From a virus: a stretch of DNA of 64,000 nucleotides. How positions within the stretch are numbered: the stretch's first letter is position 1; the number at the start of each line of letters is the position of its first letter. The notes under the pieces are model-generated. The model saw nothing but the letters and a program-made list of their open reading frames with translations, ran no database searches and was not told the DNA's origin. Both the position numbers and the translations under genes were made by a program. Location of the stretch: UHGV virus genome UHGV-0020019. The stretch is one strand, 5' to 3'. This document shows, in pieces, positions 60,085 through 64,000 of this stretch.

Positions 60085-60130
60085 TATATCCCAATCCAAA
60101 TTATGGTGGGGGTGGTGTGTGGTATTATCT
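60085..60130. promoter_or_regulatory. Conserved motif copy R3 (looser: TATGGTGGGGGTGGTGTGTGGTATTATCTTCACC), 150-190 nt upstream of paralog B
   Basis: Shares the GGTGGTG(A)TGTG core with R1 and R2. Confidence 0.25.
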
Positions 60131-60264
60131 TCACCTTTTATACACACATTATGAATTTCTTAAATTTGCTCTATTTAATTGTACTTTTCTATCATAAAGT
60201 TTTGATACTTAGAGGAATAATGTTATTTTTGCATAAAGGTTCTAAACTTAAAATATAAAGAGAT

Positions 60265-60585
60265 ATGAAAGGATTGAGGAAGTACATAGCAAAGCATGGA
60301 AGACATCTTACAGAACAATTGGCTATGGATGCATTAGAGTGTAGATGGGATATATCAGAAGTAGTTAAAGCTACTGAGAGTAGGGTATACTATAATGTAT
60401 CAGAATCTACTCTGGGAGATATAGTACTTATGGTTAATCACTTCAATAGTTGCTTTATTGGTGCTAATAAATATGATTGTATTAAATGGGCATTAAGTAA
60501 GGTTGGAGATGTTAATACCAATGGCTATGCTTTTGAGATCCTTGTTAAAAACTATACAAAAATTGATTTAGGAAAGTATATATAA
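60265..60585 (+). CDS. Hypothetical protein, 106 aa
   Basis: ORF-track ORF on the plus strand. Confidence 0.4.
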   Translation: MKGLRKYIAKHGRHLTEQLAMDALECRWDISEVVKATESRVYYNVSESTLGDIVLMVNHFNSCFIGANKYDCIKWALSKVGDVNTNGYAFEILVKNYTKIDLGKYI

Positions 60586-60654
60586 ATTAAAAGAGGAAAC
60601 TTTACAGTCTCCTCTTTTAATTTAAATTTTATCAAAAAATGAAAAAAGAAATTA

Positions 60655-61035
60655 TTAATTTACACCGCCTAATTTATTTGCTGTACTTTCTGTATAAAAC
60701 CAATTATAAGGTTTATTAGGTGCTATTGTTCTATGGATTACTGCCCAAATAATACTAGGAATACCTATTATAATAAGGTATAGTGGTCCTAATATTAAAC
60801 TCTGTCTTGTGTGTCCCCATTCATGTCTTACAGTAATATCTGTAGCTATAGGAGATAAGAATATATGATTACCTAGTGTTACACTACCATAAGATTCTTT
60901 TTTGATAAATACTACTGCTCCTTGAAAGGTACATGTATCTAATATATCATCTTTATACTTAAGATACCAATAATATATGAAGGCTATTATTACTTGTGGT
61001 AACTGCCAAAAGAATTTTAGTATTTCCAGCATCAT
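60655..61035 (-). CDS. Small membrane protein with an HExxH motif (zincin-like), 126 aa
   Basis: VRHEWGHTRQS flanked by hydrophobic helices. Confidence 0.4.
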   Translation of the reverse strand: MMLEILKFFWQLPQVIIAFIYYWYLKYKDDILDTCTFQGAVVFIKKESYGSVTLGNHIFLSPIATDITVRHEWGHTRQSLILGPLYLIIIGIPSIIWAVIHRTIAPNKPYNWFYTESTANKLGGVN

Positions 61036-61041
61036 TCTCTT

Positions 61042-61509
61042 CTACTTAATGGTTATAATAATCTTTTCCCCTTTCTTATAGGCTGAATACATTTTGTTAT
61101 ATAACTGTAGGAAATAGTCCTTTGACTTAGTAACTTTACCTACAACATCATTCTTTCCAACAAGAATACAACCTTCTGTATCTGCATCAGTATTACCTGG
61201 GTGAATGAGTACTCCTGCATAACCAGGAACATTCTCTATTCTAGGCATCCTAGCACCATTACAGTTCTTCACATACCATTCCTTGGAACTATATTTAGGA
61301 CTTACTATATTCATTCTTACATTATAAGTACCTGAAGGAATTGCTGTTATAGCAGCTTTCTTTATTACTTTTATTTTCTCAATGGGCATAGTACTTGTTA
61401 ATCCTCGATCTTTATCCTCCAAGGTGTTGCAGAAGAATATATCATCAATAAATAATTTACCAATGGTATAACCTTCCTTCTTCCATTTTCTATCTACTAT
61501 CAACTCCAT
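61042..61509 (-). CDS. L,D-transpeptidase-fold (YkuD-like) protein; possible cell-wall peptidase or endolysin
   Basis: GVLIHPGNTDADTEGCILVG matches the H-x(n)-[ST]-x-G-C-[IV] catalytic pattern. Confidence 0.4.
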   Translation of the reverse strand: MELIVDRKWKKEGYTIGKLFIDDIFFCNTLEDKDRGLTSTMPIEKIKVIKKAAITAIPSGTYNVRMNIVSPKYSSKEWYVKNCNGARMPRIENVPGYAGVLIHPGNTDADTEGCILVGKNDVVGKVTKSKDYFLQLYNKMYSAYKKGEKIIITIK

Positions 61510-61665
61510 AATTCAACATTTTATGATTTATGAGGCAAAGATACTAAGAGCTAGGATAGAAAATAGTTACTTAAGAATGACTCTTAGGTCGGTATAACTG
61601 TGAATGTTAGGTTCTTGTTATTCATATAATGTTATAATAACTTTGCAGTATTAAAGAGAAGTAAT

Positions 61666-62298
61666 ATGGAACAAAGAGAAAATTATATACATATAGTTAC
61701 TGCTCTATTGCTTATAGCTTTTACTATTATCACTATTACCATTGGTATTCTTCTAAACCAAAGAGGTAAAATTGAAAAGAAATGGAAGAATGCCATAGAG
61801 AATGCTAAAGCATATAGTGAGTTATTCAGTAACTCAGAAAATAAGAATAGAGCCTTTAAGTTGACCATAGAGCAGTTGAAGAACTCTAATGATTCTATCT
61901 TTCAAGAGTTGAATGAGGCTAGAAAAGAATTGAAAGTGAAAGATTCTAAGCTCAAGAGTCTTCAGTATATTTCCTCCAGTTTCTCAAAGGGTGATACAAT
62001 TACTTTGAGAGATACTATCTTTAAAGACTCTCATGTGAATATTGACACACTACTTTCTGATGACTGGTATTCAGTAAAGGTAGGACTTAACTATCCTTCA
62101 AGAGTTACTGTTAAGCCCATCTTCAAGAGTATTAAATATATTGTAGTATCTGCAAAGAAGGAGACAGTTAATCCTCCTAAGAGGTTCTTCCTTTTTAGAT
62201 GGTTTCAAAAAAAACAAATTAGGTTAAATGTGGATGTTGTAGAGAAGAACCCTTATGTGCAGAATCAGGATAACAGATTTGTTGAGATTGTTAGGTAA
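61666..62298 (+). CDS. Membrane-anchored coiled-coil protein, 210 aa
   Basis: N-terminal transmembrane helix (IVTALLLIAFTIITITIGILL) then a heptad-rich region; plus strand. Confidence 0.5.
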   Translation: MEQRENYIHIVTALLLIAFTIITITIGILLNQRGKIEKKWKNAIENAKAYSELFSNSENKNRAFKLTIEQLKNSNDSIFQELNEARKELKVKDSKLKSLQYISSSFSKGDTITLRDTIFKDSHVNIDTLLSDDWYSVKVGLNYPSRVTVKPIFKSIKYIVVSAKKETVNPPKRFFLFRWFQKKQIRLNVDVVEKNPYVQNQDNRFVEIVR

Positions 62299-62335
62299 AA
62301 GATGATTTTTGTTTTTAGGTTTTGAATTTTGTTTT

Positions 62336-62372
62336 CTCCCTCTGTCAGTGGACAGGGGGAGTTTTTTATTTT
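62336..62372 (+). terminator. Intrinsic terminator (CTCCCTCTGTC-AGTG-GACAGGGGGAG followed by TTTTTTATTTT) between the convergent genes
   Basis: Read directly. Confidence 0.5.
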
Positions 62373-62378
62373 AAGAGT

Positions 62379-63587
62379 TTACTTAGACTTATGATGTATA
62401 AGAGCTTCTATATAAGTGATAACTTTCTCATTAGCCTTGTTAATATTAGTATAGTCTTTTTGTATATATATGTCAGTAATATCCATATCTGATACATGAT
62501 TCAATGCTTCATGTATAGTATACTTATCAATACCAAGTCTATTTCTTGCTATTGATGCCCAAGTATGTCTGGCAGAATAGAAATCAAAATGGGGAATATC
62601 CAAGGTGTCTGCAATTATGTGTAATCCCTTGTTTATGTGTTTATTGAAATTAGCAGCATTACTATACTTCTTATAAAAGCTAAACACTCTTGATTCGTCT
62701 CTATATTTTTTGAAAAGAGGTTTTATTATATTTGGTACTACTATTTTAATATGTGCATTATCAGATCTCCTATCTCTTGTCTTTGCTCTGTCATAAGCTA
62801 ACACATTATTACTATATGATGTACATTCATATAAGTCAACAGAGTTCATACCTATAAGACAGAATGATAGAATATAACAATCTCTTGCCATTTCTGCTCT
62901 TCCAGTTCCTTTAAAATTAAACAGCTTAATAAGATTCTCATCACTTATAACTCTATTCTTTGTCATAGGAATGCTCTTTGGAATAGTGAAGTTATTAAAG
63001 GGATTATTGATTATTACTTTATTATAATCTGTATTGTATTCTTTTATTGCTTCATTGAATATATGACGTATACAACCTAAGTATAAAGACTGTGCTCTAG
63101 GATGTCCAATAAGATAATTCTTGTAATTATTAAGTAGTTTATAATCAATATCAGAAAATGCTAATGCAGCACATTTAAGGAATCTATGCAAAGAGTTAAG
63201 CATAATAGAATAATTGCCTTTTCCCTTATTGCTTGATTTATCTATCCAGTGTCTTGTATACTCAAAGAAGTCCAAAGTCTTACTATTATTGTTTAGATGG
63301 GAATAAATCCATTCTGCATCAACGTTCATATCTACTATATTCTTTTCTAAGTCATATAATTTATTTTTTAGTACATTGATTTTATTATTAATTTCTATTT
63401 GTATACTACCTGGCTTTATATTACCACTTCTTGATAAATCACATTCCTTTATAGTGATATTCATGGGAACTCTTTTTCTTGTACCTTTATGAGATAAAAC
63501 TATATATACTTTTCTTGTCTTGTCTTTTTTCTGTTTTCCTAGTTCGTATGTAATTGTAGCCATATCAAAAAATGTTTTATGAGACAA
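62379..63587 (-). CDS. int: Tyrosine recombinase / phage integrase
   Basis: C-terminal ARHTWAS...HEALNHVS...Y (R..H..R/H..Y catalytic pattern); 402 aa; adjacent to a tRNA-like att sequence. Confidence 0.75.
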   Translation of the reverse strand: MSHKTFFDMATITYELGKQKKDKTRKVYIVLSHKGTRKRVPMNITIKECDLSRSGNIKPGSIQIEINNKINVLKNKLYDLEKNIVDMNVDAEWIYSHLNNNSKTLDFFEYTRHWIDKSSNKGKGNYSIMLNSLHRFLKCAALAFSDIDYKLLNNYKNYLIGHPRAQSLYLGCIRHIFNEAIKEYNTDYNKVIINNPFNNFTIPKSIPMTKNRVISDENLIKLFNFKGTGRAEMARDCYILSFCLIGMNSVDLYECTSYSNNVLAYDRAKTRDRRSDNAHIKIVVPNIIKPLFKKYRDESRVFSFYKKYSNAANFNKHINKGLHIIADTLDIPHFDFYSARHTWASIARNRLGIDKYTIHEALNHVSDMDITDIYIQKDYTNINKANEKVITYIEALIHHKSK

Positions 63588-63630
63588 TGTTCCTTAGTAA
63601 ATCGTAGTAATTTACCTCTATTGCATAATA

Positions 63631-63924
63631 ATTGCCGCAAATTCTACTTCTCTTTATCCTAACTCTCTGTGTTACAGTAGCTCAGTTGGATTAGAGCAAC
63701 AGCCTTCTAAGCTGTGGGTCTTGGGTTCGAACCCCAACGGAATCACTAAACACATATTTTGCATAATATTTGATAATACCGATAATTGCTTGTTTTTATA
63801 GCAGTTGTCGGTATTTTTTTATTTAGGTAATGATACTATGATTAATAGAAACCTTACACTTCTATTTATATGTAATTGACAGGTAAAATGCAGCCAATGC
63901 CGCAAAATTGCCGCAAATTTTTCA
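63631..63924. repeat. Three copies of GCCGCAAA(A)TT flanking the att tRNA (63633..63643, and tandem at 63899..63920); candidate integrase arm-type sites
   Basis: Read directly. Confidence 0.3.
63672..63746 (+). other. tRNA-Arg(TCT)-like att sequence. D-arm to 3' end are tRNA-like, but the 5' acceptor strand does not pair, so it is a partial or hybrid tRNA rather than a functional gene.
   Basis: D-arm GCTC-AGTTGGATT-AGAGC, anticodon arm ACAGC-CTTCTAA-GCTGT, T-arm TTGGG-TTCGAAC-CCCAA. 5' GTTACAG versus 3' CGGAATC pairs only 4 of 7; no CCA. Confidence 0.45.
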
Positions 63925-64000
63925 TCACATTAAATATCAAATAACCTATACACCACTTAGTGTATATTGTTCCCTTAAAGGAAAGTTGTGTAATGTTGTA

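Noticed and set aside
63672-63746. Calling this a complete functional tRNA-Arg gene
   Set aside because: The 5' acceptor strand (GTTACAG) pairs with only 4 of 7 positions of the 3' strand (CGGAATC). More consistent with a hybrid or partial att-site tRNA.
1-64000. CRISPR arrays, reverse transcriptase or DGR, toxin-antitoxin pairs, restriction-modification genes
   Set aside because: No regularly spaced direct repeats. No YxDD RT motif in any ORF. No methyltransferase motifs seen.

Overview
The window is AT-rich (~30% GC) and reads as a tailed-phage or prophage genome segment. It is almost entirely coded on the minus strand in the standard genetic code, with ORFs abutting or overlapping by a few nt; the only sizeable plus-strand islands are the 58.20 kb small ORF and 60.3-62.3 kb. 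Order from left to right:

- **1-6666:** one giant minus-strand ORF that runs off the window start, so it is absent from the ORF track. It is at least 2222 aa and carries an N-terminal HExxH zincin-like region and a Dda/RecD-like SF1 helicase core.
- **6.8-37.5 kb:** DNA replication, recombination and nucleotide metabolism. Calls: ThyX, family A DNA polymerase, retropepsin-like protease, dUTPase, NrdG and NrdD (anaerobic RNR), PD-(D/E)xK and VRR-NUC nucleases, UDG-like, an E1/ThiF-like enzyme next to a JAB/MPN metalloprotease, DnaG-like primase, Sak4-like ATPase, DnaB-like helicase, SF2 helicase, Myb-like protein.
- **37.6 and 38.6 kb:** two tRNA-type genes (Arg-CCT, and one with an aberrant anticodon arm).
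- **38.8-51.2 kb:** about 35 small accessory genes, including a candidate Tad2/DUF2829 protein, a GNAT, Zn-ribbon proteins and diverged paralog pairs.
- **51.3-52.8 kb:** a minus-strand tRNA cluster (Met-CAT, Tyr-GTA, Asn-GTT, Leu-TAA, Arg-TCT). The tRNA-Leu(UAA) gene is split by a ~581-nt group I-type intron at the canonical U34/A35 site.
- **53-56.6 kb:** more small genes, including a DEDDh exonuclease.
- **56.9-60.1 kb:** an odd locus. Two diverged paralogs flank 1.35 kb with no ORF of 60 aa or more, containing a plus-strand promoter-like motif, a 47-aa basic ORF and tandem intrinsic terminators. A ~40-nt conserved motif recurs upstream of three minus-strand genes.
- **60-64 kb:** membrane HExxH protein, L,D-transpeptidase-like enzyme, plus-strand membrane/coiled-coil protein, tyrosine integrase, then a tRNA-Arg(TCT)-like att sequence flanked by GCCGCAAA(A)TT repeats.

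I saw no CRISPR array, no reverse transcriptase and no sign of stop-codon recoding. Every assignment is from motifs read by eye; none was confirmed by a search.
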